A stretch of DNA of 64,000 nucleotides from Folioceros fuciformis. Taxonomy: Eukaryota. This document shows, one piece after another, positions 49,716 through 61,350 of the stretch. Where the stretch lies: positions 275,587 to 339,586 of the forward strand of contig JBNGIO010006246.1 in assembly GCA_049999805.1 (NCBI GenBank). The letters run 5' to 3'. A model generated the notes under the pieces. That model saw nothing but the letters and a program-made list of their open reading frames with translations. It searched no databases and had not been told where the DNA came from. Both the position numbers and the translations under genes were made by a program. Each line of letters begins with the position of its first letter. Position 1 is the first letter of the stretch.

Positions 49716-51847
49716 ATGGCGCTGGAAGCTAGCGCTGCATCAGCCCGGCTGCTGGCAGAAGGGCCAGCGCTGGAGCACAACTCCAGCTACCACTCCATTC
49801 CCGTCCTCAACATGACCACGGCGGCATGGGCAGGCGTCGCGCTTATTCTCGCCTTCTCGATCGGTGTGGCCGTGGCCGGGGCCATCAAGCTGGCATTCGC
49901 CTTGCGGAGCCTGGCAGAGGAGAAAAAGGCCATGGAGAAGGGCCACGAAGCATCCCTGAAGCAAAAAATACAGCAGATCCGGGGATTTGAGTCTCCGGCC
50001 GGTGCGGTAATCCGGACCGCGCCTCCCCCCCGCGCGGAAGCTGTGGCCAGGGTGGAGAAGGCGTCGCCAGAGCGGACGCCATGGAGCTTCGGAGCACGGG
50101 ACATGGTGGCCGAGAATCGGTACAGCGCGGTGTACCGCGTGGTGATGCCGCTCACGGGGCAGGCCGTGGCCGTGAAGCGCGTGAGCCGATGCCTGTGCCA
50201 GCGAGCTCGGAAGGACGCGGGCCGATTGCTGCGGGAGGCCAGCGTCGCTCACCCTAACGTGATGTGGCCGACCGGGTTTGTGCTCGACAAGGGCCACAGC
50301 CTGCTGTTGCTCTACCCGGAGGAGCATATTGGGAGCGGGACCTTGCGGGATCTGNNNNNNNNNNNNNNNNNNNNNNNNNNNNNNNNNNNNNNNNNNNNNN
50401 NNNNNNNNNNNNNNNNNNNNNNNNNNNNNNNNNNNNNNNNNNNNNNNNNNNNNNCTGGTGAAGGTGGACAAGTCGAGGGAAAAGTATGCTCGCGGCGGGG
50501 CTCCTGCCGGTGCAGGCTGGGACGTGGAGTCTGTGCCTTCTGACATGTCGGATCTTAGCCTGTATCCGCAGTCCACTAGCTATGAAAGCTCGGCGATGTT
50601 TTCATGTCAGGATTGGAGTGAGTCTAGATCTGCGGCGGGTAGCACGGCCCTGAGAGACGCCAGGGAGTACTTGAAGCGCATGGCGGAGACGTTCCGTGCG
50701 AGGGAAGGGAAATACTACGAATCCGAGACGGAAGGGAGCATCATCTCGTTCCGTGTTGGCTCCAAGTTCACCGCCAATTCCACAGCGTCCACAATGTCCT
50801 GGCGTGACGCACAATCTGATGTTGAGTCAGTGCGGCACGAGTCCGGACACATTGATGCAGGGAGTTTCGAGCCGGGTGGAGTTTCCGTGGCAACGAGGAA
50901 GGCTACCAGCAGCGGCGAGTATTCTGCTTGGTATGGCCATTCTTCCTTCCACCGTTCCCCGTCTAAGGATCTCCCCAAGCTTGCTGCGCATATGGATCCC
51001 TACTCTACTCCGCCAACGACACGTTTCGAAGGAGGAAGTGCGACCGGCATGAACTGTAAGACGAAAAAGCATGAGAGTCGGATACAGATACCGAAGAAGT
51101 ATAAGAGGGAGGAGCATGAGGATTGCGATTTGTTGAATTGGAGGGCCAGGTTCCAGATTGCGTTGGGGCTGGCTCGGGGACTCGCGTTTCTGCATCACAA
51201 ATGCTCGCCCCCACTCATCCACCTTGACATCTCCTCCAACACGGTGTTTGTCGACAACAACAAGCAGGCCAAGTTATGCGACGCGGAACTCAGCAACCTG
51301 CTGGATCCAGCAAATTGCAGCGTGGAAGATGGAAACGTGTTTACGGACTGTGCCTCTGAGGGCTACGTAGCGCCAGGTATACATATGTGTACGCAGCTTG
51401 CATCAATCATTAGTCTTGTCTCGTTAGCTTGCTGCTGCTGCCAGATGCATGGCAGCAGATCAAAGCTTAACAATCTGATCCGCTGTGTGGTGCGCAGAAT
51501 GTGGAACCGACATCAAGGGCGTCGCTCGTAGCTGCAATGTCTACAGCTATGGCGTTGTACTGTTGGAGTTGCTCACAGGAAAGGAGGCCAGCGGCTACAT
51601 CGACCAGCACCACAAACACCTTGTGTCGTGGGTAAAGGCAAACGCAAGCTCACAGTTGCAGTACCATGATGCCATCGTTATCTTTGATGGAAGGATCACT
51701 GATGATATGGGCTGTCTTCGGCACATGCTGTCCGTTCTGCGGATTGCTATGCTGTGCATCAGCCCTGCATCATGTAGGCCAGATATGCAGAAGGTTGTAC
51801 AGCTTTTAGAGAAATCTGACTCCAGGGGAAGATTTCGGCGCAACTGA
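49716..51847 (+). CDS. Membrane-anchored PXC3-like kinase without ectodomain, with a large insert in the kinase domain
   Basis: TM segment; VAVKRV, HPNVMWP, GTLRDL, then an N-gap and Ser-rich insert, then WRARFQIALGLARGLAFLHH, HLDISSN, GYVAP|E, NVYSYGVVLLELLTG and RPDM. Confidence 0.8.
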
Positions 51848-52186
51848 CTTCCTGCTCGCCAGAACGCAGGCTTCACCAAGGTGGCCATGCTTCGGCTTTT
51901 CGTAGTTGAACTGCGCGTCACTCGTTCTTGGGGAAGCCAAAAATTCCGGCAGCGATTTGACTCGTCGGCCGCCTCAATTCCCACATTTTCTGCTACCCGA
52001 GCTGACTTTTAGAACCAACTGTGCGACACGTAAGTACCATGCCCCGAAGCCTGTGTGGGAATCCTTGGGGAAATAAGCAAGTGAGTAAAAAATTGCCTGC
52101 CACTCGGTCAATGGCAAGACTTGAACATTCTCTTCCTTGGGCGCGAGGCCGAATTTGAATAAACAAAGGAAGACAACTGGGTGCGT

Positions 52187-53994
52187 TCAGTTTCGGTGAT
52201 GCATTCGTCCGCTTTCGGACCCTGCAAATGGATCAATCGTGACATTGATAACCGCAGGTGTTCTTGCGGAGAAGGACTCTTTCAGAGCCGACTCTAGCTC
52301 CTCTGGCGTTCCTGCCAGATAGCCTTTCCCTCCAAAGGCTTCCATCATGACGTCATAGCGCGCACCTGGGACAAAGGATGTTGGTGCTGGATCGTCTTTG
52401 TGCGGCCCTGAAATATCTTCTGGTCGCCTGCGGTCGCCACCGTAAACTCCACCGTTGTTGAAAACAATGATGACCACAGGCAACTTGTAGCGCACTAGAG
52501 TCTGATGGAAGAAAACGAGGGATAAAAAATGTAAGACGCGATGTACGACACTCAACTACTGCATGACATGATCGATATTTACCTCAACTTCCATCGCACT
52601 GAACCCAAAGCCAGAGTCCCCTTCGACAGCCACAACCAGACGTCCAGGTGACACGACAGCCGCTGCAATGGCGTAACCTAAACCGACTCCCATGGTTCCC
52701 CAGGTGCCGGCATCGAGCCTTGTCCGGGGCTCAGTCTGCTCGAGAACTGACCTCCCCACATCCATAGTGTTGGCCCCCTCAGACACCAGGATCGGAGCTG
52801 GTGAGCCTTCGCCCAATATGGCATCTCGGATGATCCTCATGGGAGTCAGGAAGTTGAACGGAACAACGACTTTGGCCAGTGATGCAGCCATTCTGCTCTT
52901 GTTCACTTCAGTTTTCGACCGGACCTGTTGCACCCAAGGATGCCCACTTCCCAGCACGAATGGATCATCTTTCACGACCTTGTTCAGTTGCTGGATAACA
53001 ACTCTGGCATCGCCAACTAGTCCAACTGCGGGCTTTCTCAACTTTATCTCTGCTTCATCAATGTCGACCAGGATGAACTTGACATCCTTTGACCACTGCG
53101 GAGGTTCACCAAAATGTAGCAACCAGTTCAGACGTGCACCGACAACTAGGACCACGTCACTCTGCCCTACCACCAATGATCTGGCTGCTGCAGCAGAGAG
53201 GGGATGAGAATCAGGAAGCAACCCCTTCCCCATCGGAGTAGCCAAGAAGGGAATTCCCGTGACTTCAACAAATTGCTTGATGGCCCCCTCGGCCCTTGCC
53301 AAGGCAGCTCCTTTTCCGAACACAATCAAAGGCCGCTCTGCATTCTTCAGCAGCTCAGCTGCTTTCTCCAAGTCGGCAGATGGAACTTGCTTGGTCTCCT
53401 CTCTGGCCCATACTGGAACAAGTTTCTGAACAGAGCTCAGAAGCTTTTCTGCATCTTCCTCTGACAGCGTCTCATGTAGCACATCCGATGGTAAATCAAC
53501 ATACGTCCCACCCGGCCTGCCATCCACTGCAGCGGCCAATGCATCGGAGACAACCTTTGGGATCTCCAATATGCTCCTTGCCTTCCCAGAGTACTTCGAA
53601 AAAGGTTTCACGATTTCCACCTGGTCTAACTCCTGGAAATCGCCTTTTCCGACGTCCGCTTGTGTACTGGAACCGGATACCAAGACCAGGGGCCAAGTAT
53701 TGATGGTGGCATTACTAAGACCAGCCAAACCATGAACACAACCTGGCCCAGATACAGTGAGAAGAACACCAGGCTTGCCTGTCAAATAACCAGCCGCACC
53801 AGCTGCATACCCTGCAGATTGCTCATTGTGGAAAGCTATGAAGCGGACGCCTTCCTTCACCGCACTTGAAGCAAATGAGGTCACAGGAATCCCCACCACT
53901 CCAAACATGTGTTCCACTCCGGCCTTTGCAAAAGCCCGGGCTGCCACAACATTGCCATCCACTACTCTATGCTTGATCTCTGCCCCATTCGTTT
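52187..53994 (-). CDS. HACL1: Oxalyl-CoA decarboxylase / 2-hydroxyacyl-CoA lyase (TPP-dependent), with no own start codon
   Basis: Motifs MFGVVGIPV, FHNEQSAGYAA, GDFQELDQ, SEGANTMDVGR, RLDAGTWGTMGVG, EGDSGFGFSAME, NNGGVYGG and ESGRMHHRN. Confidence 0.95.
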
Positions 53995-54276
53995 CTGCAA
54001 CCGCTCAACACAAGAAATGACACTTCGTCAGGTAGCTGAATGTTGCAACCACACCACTTTCTACGATCCCTGCAGAATTCCGACAAGTGCCAGGACAAAA
54101 TACTGCCCTGCATGATGACCCTCAGGTGTCTGAGGACATAAATGTGTCCACCACATGTGCGTACCAATGCTCCAAAAACCCCGCCAGATACCAGGCTGCA
54201 GAGTTTACTCCAGATTGATGGCATGTTTACAATCGCTGAAGAACACCCCTAACAAGGTCTACGAAAAGCCAATCTG

Positions 54277-56225
54277 CTAACCTGTTTTTTCTTCTTTTTG
54301 AGAATCGGCAGGCGTAGGCAGGAAGTGTTCAGCAACCATGCGCCGCTGAATCTTGCCAGTTGCCGTCTTAGGAAGCTCTTCACCGAAAAACAAACGCTTG
54401 GGGATCTTGAATGGGGCAAGGTTGCTCCTTAGAAATTCCAAAATATCCTTGTCAGTGGCTTTTGACCCTTTAATCAACACCACTGCGGCATTCACCTGTT
54501 GCACGGTGTATTGCGAGTCAGTGGAAGCTGACATGTCTGCAAGCCCCAGTTCTAAAAAGTCATAGATAAGTCTTTGCGACGTTGAGAAGCTGTACCTCTT
54601 CACCGTACTTTTCATCTGGAGCAGCAAAAGTCACAGCCTCTGAAATTTTTGGATGCCTCAGTAGCACACCATCGACCTCAAGAGGAGATATCTTCTCGCC
54701 TGCAAAAGCGTAAAGTCAGCTGTGAGCTGTTTTTCAGCAATACCTTTACCATCACAACCTCAACATTGTGGCACCACTAGCTTACCACCGCGGTTGATGA
54801 GCTCTTTGATACGGCCAGTCAAGGTGAGGTAGCCCTCCTTGTCCAAAAACCCACGATCACCGGTATGAAACAAGCCAAACTCGAACGCAGACTTATTAGC
54901 TTCCGGATTGTTCTTGTACCCCTTGGTCACATTTGAACCCCGAATGCACACCTCACCCTGCTCTTCAGGCTTCAGAACGTTACCCTCATCGTCCAGAATG
55001 GCGAGTTCAACACCTACTGGTTTGCCAACTGTTCCCGCCTTGTGCGGTCCATGTGCCGGCAGTGGATTGGCAGTGATCTGATGACTGGCTTCTGTCATAG
55101 CGTAAGCCTCAAGCACCGGAGCCTGGAAAGCTTCCTCTAGCTTCTCCAACACCGCCGGTGCAAGACTGGAACTGCAGCTTCGGATGAACCTGAGCTTGGG
55201 ATATTCCTCCAGCGGTTTGCTCCTATGCAACGAGAGCAATATCTGATGGATGGTGGGAACCGCAGTGTACCAAGTAGCACGGTAGCCCTTTATGTCAGCC
55301 CAGAAGGTGGACGCAGAAAACCGACCTGCAGCTGGCAGAATTGCAGCCCCACCGGCCGCCAGACTCGAGAGCAATGCCGCCATCAGCCCGTGAACGTGAA
55401 ACAGAGGCATGACGATCAGAGTACGGTCAGACTCCGATAGATCATACGCTGCCTTGATGTTCAGCACTGACGTGGCCAAATTTTTTTGCGTCAGAGGAAC
55501 TCCCTTGGGCCTGCTGGTGGTCCCTGAAGTGTGGAGAAACAGCGCACCATCCTCCTCCTCAGGCTGCGGCCCTGCCACATCTTCACTCTCGGCTCCCACC
55601 TCCAGCCGTGCGCGGGACGAGAGGACGACATCCCCNNNNNNNNNNNNNNNNNNNNNNNNNNNNNNNNNNNNNNNNNNNNNNNNNNNNNNNNNNNNNNNNN
55701 NNNNNNNNNNNNNNNNNNNNNNNNNNNNNNNNNNNTCCCAATGCACCCCGGCCACCGGCAAGCCGAGTCTCGCAGCCGCAGCTTCAGCAGATGCGTTTCC
55801 CTCCTTCGCGGGGACCAGCAACAGCGACGACTCGGCATCCTTCAAATAGAACATGAATTCATCCTCCGTGTAGGCAGAATTGAAAGGAGCTGCGACCGCA
55901 CGAACCCGGATGGTTGCCAAGAACACAACCACGAACTACCCACAATGCACAAATCCGTCATTAGCACAGGCTCGGATCAAACCAATTATCCCACACTGGA
56001 GAGAGTCTTTGAGAAACCCACCTCAAGGGAATTGGGCAAGGCAAGCGACACCACAGCTCCAGGATTGACACCGACACGCCTCAGCTGGGCAGCAGCCTTG
56101 CTGACCGCAGCACCCAATTCGGAATGCGAGAGCTGGGGGCCTCTGGACGCAATCACAGCCGCATTTCTCGCGTGCTCAGCAGCAGCCTTCTCGAGCAGAG
56201 CAGTCACTGTGACAGCTAGTGCCAT
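54277..56225 (-). CDS. AAE3: Oxalate--CoA ligase (oxalyl-CoA synthetase)
   Basis: Motifs LFLHTSGTTSRPKGVPL, PLFHVHGL, RFSASTFW, WYTAVPTIHQIL, RFIRSCS, LEAYAMTEA, GRIKELINRGG|EKISP and LPKTATGKIQRR. Confidence 0.95.
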
Positions 56226-56674
56226 TGCGGAAGCCTCCCACTTCTACGGACGGGTCGCTAGGAAGGAGGCTATTTCAACCGCTCGAAAGACTGGAGGGCC
56301 TTCCAGGGTTCCTTTCGGTACCGGAGTATCCTACGCACCTGGCCTCCTCCTGTGCATGGAGGACAGGGTAATGGGGAACGCACACGTCATAATACGCATA
56401 TGGATATTTGAGGTAGATACCTTATGGTCCACGGGAGATAGTATTTCATTCGCCAATGAAGTAACGCCCCCTTCGTTACGCAGCGTAGAAGGAAGCAACG
56501 GCCTCGAATCNNNNNNNNNNNNNNNNNNNNNNNNNNNNNNNNNNNNNNNNNNNNNNNNNNNNNNNNNNNNNNNNNNNNNNNNNNNNNNNNNNNNNNNNNN
56601 NNNNNNNNNNGCTCCAAGTAGCCCGCCGTCCACTGACGACTAGGCTCCAAGTAGACTCTCACTGTCGTGCTGCT

Positions 56675-57205
56675 CTTTATTCCAGATACTTACAAAAGCT
56701 TTATTCCGGATACTGGTTAGGTTTATTCCAAATACTTACAAAAGAGCAATCTGACAAGCTTCCTCTTCAAACCCTCCACAGTTGTGTCTGAAGGCTAGGC
56801 TTCTCACTGAGAGCTATGTGAGAAGCACTGACAGCTATGTGAGTGTGAGAAGCACGGACAGCTATGTGACTGTGAGAAGCCCTGACCTCTCACTGAGGGT
56901 TTGAAATCTTGCTTCTCACTGAGGGTTTGAGGGGTTTGAGATCTTGCTTCTCACTGAGGGTTTGAGGTTTTGCCTTGAACACACATCCTTTGAGGTTTTG
57001 CTTGGAACACACATCCTTTGGAAAGGAGATTTTCCAAGAAGCATAGATATGTGAGATTTTCCAAGAAGCATAGATATGTGTTCCAAATGTGTGTTCCAAA
57101 GGCAGCTCTAGACTTAGTTTTCACCTTTCTACTTTTATTTCACTTGTATCATTACTAATGCGACCTTTCTACTTTCATTTCACTTGTACCATTACTAATG
57201 CGGAA
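56675..57205. repeat. Series of different short direct duplications
   Basis: tttattccagatacttacaaaag, agctatgtgag..gagaagc, tcttgcttctcactgagggtttga, gaacacacatcctttg, gagattttccaagaagcatagatatgtg and tttcacttgta.cattactaatgcg each occur 2-3 times. Confidence 0.85.
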
Positions 57206-57496
57206 CTTTCAAGTCACTCTCCGAAAAAAGCTCGACACCACGCTACATGTCCAAAAATGCCGGCACCACGACTGGGGATAGATCCCGGATCTGAAGTAGA
57301 AGCAATTACCACAAGCTAGGGATAAACCCAGGACACAAATCACTTCTATTTTATTGAGGTAAGCACCTCCAAGACAACTCAGACCGCCAGGTCTGTAGCC
57401 TCAACACGAACTAGAATGCATGAGTCAGCCCGAAAATTCTCTCGGCACCACAACGCTTTCAGTCAGGGACGCTTTGAAATCTCTAAAGCAAGGGGT

Positions 57497-58282
57497 TCAA
57501 GCATCGGAACCGGAACTTCTCAAGAACCACCCATTCTTGTCGGTCTTAAATCTCTCCTCTAGTACGTAGAACCTTCGCCTCCTGCAAAGAAGGGGTCTTT
57601 CAGTCTGTAAAAAAACGCACAAAAACTGGTTCAGGGCTGGATGTCTGGGGTGTTGTATACCTTGTGAAACTCGACCCACTTCGCCTGGGATTCCAAGTTT
57701 CTCCGGCACCACAACGGCCTAGAAGTCGACCTCGAGAGAGTACATGACTCTAGATCATAACCTTGAACCTGGAAATACGTCCTGTTGCAAGGACTGTTCA
57801 GATCGATGAGCAAAACTTTGTTTTGATTCACAGGATTTACCACATGCATACATGCATTCCCCGGGTACGCGATTGCTGACATGAAACCAGTAGGTGATCA
57901 GTCGTTAAGGACGGATACGATGGAATACCTCTGGTGAGAAGCACAGATGCACGTGTAAGGTCTTGGACATGGGAGCAGTTGGGTTCTCTGGGGAAAACAA
58001 CCGCTTGTTAAATAAGCTCGTCAGACCAGTACCTATAGGCACGTAGCAGATTCGGCGTCGTCCGCGAAGGCGAAAGCCAAAAGCTCCGTCGGGAAAGGTC
58101 AGGACTTACGAGCAAGGCAAGCCAGGTCTTGAACGCAGGTCGGCAGCGGGCTGCGCAGCCACCGGCTACTGCAACACCACCTTCTCATCCAATTCCTCGG
58201 GCAAAGTGAGGGAGACCTCGCGGCGCACGACAGCGTCTGCCGCTGCTGCGCTGGTAAAGCCGTCTCTGAGAAGACTGTCCAT
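57497..58282 (-). pseudogene. F-box gene relic
   Basis: LPEELDEKVVLQ*P followed, after a frameshift, by KTWLALLVSPDLSRR; downstream VVNP segment; contains stops and frameshifts. Confidence 0.4.
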
Positions 58283-58861
58283 CGTTCTCGTCACCAAAGA
58301 GATCCTCGGCGACCCGTCGAGGGCACTCAAGCAGCAAATCTTGAGGCCACTCAACCCTCGACCTGGGCAGGTTGTGTGATGCGGAGTCTATTCAAGGGGA
58401 AATTTGTTAGGGGGCCGCCATCTTCCTTACGCCCCCCTGGGGCTGGACGCTAGAGCTACACCTGACAGCCCAGACCCTGTCTCAGAACTGCACGAGAAAT
58501 AAATTTGGCAATTCTTTCCAGGGAATCACAACCACCCTTCCTAGGCCGACCTTCATTGCATTGTGTCATCTTCTGAAATGGCATCCCCATTCTGTTTCCT
58601 CATCTGCAAACTTGGAAACCAAGACAACGTGTTGGCAGGAGTCTTGCCCTGCTGCTAACCTGGGCCAGGCACGGCGGCAGGTTGCCGGTGCCATGAATTG
58701 CTGAAGGGTTGCACGCCGAGTGGCGCCGGGTTTGGCTTCCCAAACCCCCCATCACATCAGCCTCTGTGCTCGAGCTCGCTGGTTGCGTCCACAGCCGCTG
58801 GCTTTGAGCTCGAGCCCCGTCCCCTCTGATAGCATCCACAGCACCGCCAGCCACACTCGCT

Positions 58862-58870
58862 AAACCCTAA
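58862..58870 (+). promoter_or_regulatory. Telo-box (AAACCCTAA) upstream of eIF2-gamma
   Basis: Exact motif; telo-boxes are typical of plant translation-machinery promoters. Confidence 0.45.
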
Positions 58871-59206
58871 ACTGTGTAAACTGATATTGTCTAAACCCAG
58901 TTCTGAACAACCGGCCGGTGTGACACGCGATGTCGGAAAACCGCGACGGAAAGCATTTGTACTAAAAAATGTTTTTTTTGGGTTCGTTGTTTGTAGGGTT
59001 AAGTGTTGGCGTGGTTGGCCTTGGGTTAAGTGTTGGTGTGGTTGGCCTTGTGGTATACCATAGAGAGGATACTCCAATGACATGTAGGTACTACCAGTCG
59101 CTGCTTCTAAACGCTTGTTAGGTCTACTCTTGCCTGTCGGCTGGGAAGCGAGCTGGTCTTGAACATCCCTCGCAGGTCACAGCAAGGGACGTCAAATTGT
59201 TCCACC

Positions 59207-60598
59207 ATGGCGAAGCGCGGGTTGATGGAGCAGGATTTGAGCAAGTTGGAGGTGGATAAGCTGCATCCGCAGTCTCCAGAGGTGATCTCCCGGCAAGCAA
59301 CGATAAATCTTGGAACGATCGGGCATGTGGCTCACGGGAAGTCGACAGTGGTGAAGGCTATCTCGGGGGTGCAGACCGTGCGATTCAAGAACGAGCTGGT
59401 TCGGAACATCACTATCAAGCTAGGTTATGCGAATGCGAAGATCTATGTCTGCGAGAATGAGAACTGCCCTCGGCCGGTGCGTTACAAGGCCTACGGCAGT
59501 GGCAAGGAGGACAGCCCACTGTGTGATGTGCCTGGGTTTGAGACCTCTCGGATGAAGCTGTTGCGGCATGTGTCTTTTGTGGACTGTCCTGGACATGATA
59601 TTCTCATGGCTACTATGCTTAACGGTGCTGCCATCATGGATGGGGCCCTGCTGCTCATTGCGAGCAACGAAAGCTGCCCGCAGCCGCAGACTTCAGAGCA
59701 TCTGGCTGCTGTGGAGATCATGCGTCTCAAGCATATTATTATTCTGCAAAACAAAATAGATCTTATCCAGGAAAGCGTGGCGATGAACCAGCACGAGTCC
59801 ATCCAGAAGTTCATTCAGGGCACTATTGCAGACGGTGCTCCAGTGGTGCCAATATCTGCACAGCTGAAGTACAATGTGGATGTTGTTTGTGAGTACATCG
59901 TGAACAGGATTCCCATCCCGGAGCGAAATTTTGTTGCTCCACCAAACATGATTGTGATCAGGTCCTTCGATGTTAACAAGCCTGGAGCTGAAGTGGACGA
60001 TATTAAAGGAGGAGTTGCGGGGGGCAGCATTTTGAGAGGTGTGCTGAAGGTGGGGCAGAAGATTGAGGTTCGGCCAGGACAGGTGACCAAGGATGAGAGT
60101 GGCAGTATCAAGTGCACCCCTATTTTCTCGAGGATCATCTCCCTGTATGCGGAGCAGAACGAGCTCCAATTTGCGGTCCCTGGTGGACTCATTGGTGTTG
60201 GCACTACCATTGATCCCACTTTGACTCGTGCTGACAGGCTGGTTGGTCAAGTGCTTGGTGAGGTTGGGGAGCTACCAGAAGTTTTCGTTGAGCTGGAGGT
60301 GAATTTCTTTCTTCTTCGGCGACTGTTGGGTGTGAGGACCAAAGGCACTGAGAAACAAGGGAAAGTTAGTAAGCTAGCAAAAGGAGAGGTGCTCATGTTG
60401 AACATTGGGTCCATGTCAACTGGCGCACGGGTGCTGGCCGTCAGAAATGATCTTGCTAAGTTGCAGCTCACTTCACCAGTATGCACGAGCAAGGGAGAGA
60501 AGGTAGCCCTCAGCAGAAGAGTTGAGAATCACTGGCGATTAATTGGTTGGGGTCAAATCCAGGCCGGAGTACAGCTCGACATTCCCCCAGTAGCATAG
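59207..60598 (+). CDS. EIF2G: Eukaryotic translation initiation factor 2 gamma subunit (intronless CDS)
   Basis: Motifs [48 protein letters not shown] and WRLIGWG. Confidence 0.98.
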   Translation: MAKRGLMEQDLSKLEVDKLHPQSPEVISRQATINLGTIGHVAHGKSTVVKAISGVQTVRFKNELVRNITIKLGYANAKIYVCENENCPRPVRYKAYGSGKEDSPLCDVPGFETSRMKLLRHVSFVDCPGHDILMATMLNGAAIMDGALLLIASNESCPQPQTSEHLAAVEIMRLKHIIILQNKIDLIQESVAMNQHESIQKFIQGTIADGAPVVPISAQLKYNVDVVCEYIVNRIPIPERNFVAPPNMIVIRSFDVNKPGAEVDDIKGGVAGGSILRGVLKVGQKIEVRPGQVTKDESGSIKCTPIFSRIISLYAEQNELQFAVPGGLIGVGTTIDPTLTRADRLVGQVLGEVGELPEVFVELEVNFFLLRRLLGVRTKGTEKQGKVSKLAKGEVLMLNIGSMSTGARVLAVRNDLAKLQLTSPVCTSKGEKVALSRRVENHWRLIGWGQIQAGVQLDIPPVA

Positions 60599-61350
60599 CC
60601 GAGTGAATCACAACCTCAGCAAATCGAAGCAGAAGACAGGACCGGACAAACCACAGGTTTTAGGGCTTTACTCGTTAGGTAGTATGTGGATAGGCCGAGA
60701 ATTACTCGGTACAATTTTTGTGAAGTGGCGCAGGAGACCTGGCTTGGTGTGTGTTTCCTTTGATCAAGGCTATCTTGAGTTCATTTTTGTTATGTTTGTG
60801 TTTGATGTTGCCGGAGGATTGAGCATCCCTGCGTTGGTGATGGCTTGGACGCTCAACCTGGGCTTGCGCTTTGGTTCCAACCCGAGTTTCTCCCCGTTTT
60901 CTAGGGGAGTTTGCATGAAGACCACGGGCTGTGGGTGAAGCTACGTGGGTGGGTCTTCAACTTCACGTTCAAAGATACCTGTACGAAGTCGTTGAATCCT
61001 TGGGCAGTAGGAGGCGTGGACATCATTTGGACTGCACTGCCGTAGAAACGCTCCCCATTGCATCGAAAATACCTAAAGGGACAAACGTGCGCCACAGGCA
61101 ATGCGTTTTTCCTCGCATCAAGCGGGAGAGTTATAATAGAGGAATGGAATGGTACACGGGATTCAGCATTCACTAAGCAATCTACGAACCTCCAAATCTC
61201 AGATACCCTAGTAACACAAAGTGACGCGATGGTTACAAATCAATACGAGACTGCACAGCGCTGGCTACATCGGGATGAAGGTCGCTAAAATAGATTTTGG
61301 ACAGGAAAAAAAAATCTGAAAAGCCCAGCCTTGGTGGACTCCACAGTTCA

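Noticed and set aside
12495-56225. Idea that CA, MOT2, the desulfurase-like enzyme and the oxalate genes form one metabolic cluster
   Set aside because: They are separated by unrelated housekeeping genes, and proximity in a compact genome is not evidence.
24902-56610. Five runs of exactly 100 N (24902, 26304, 50355, 55636, 56511)
   Set aside because: These are scaffold gap placeholders, so apparent frameshifts across them are not biological.
56675-57205. CRISPR-like appearance of short repeats (also at 11370-11705 and 21688-21763)
   Set aside because: There is no constant repeat with unique spacers and no cas genes, and the context is eukaryotic.
59207-60598. Intronless eIF2-gamma as a retrocopy
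   Set aside because: The ORF is intact, with a probable 5'UTR intron acceptor near 59175 and a telo-box; there is no poly(A) or TSD.
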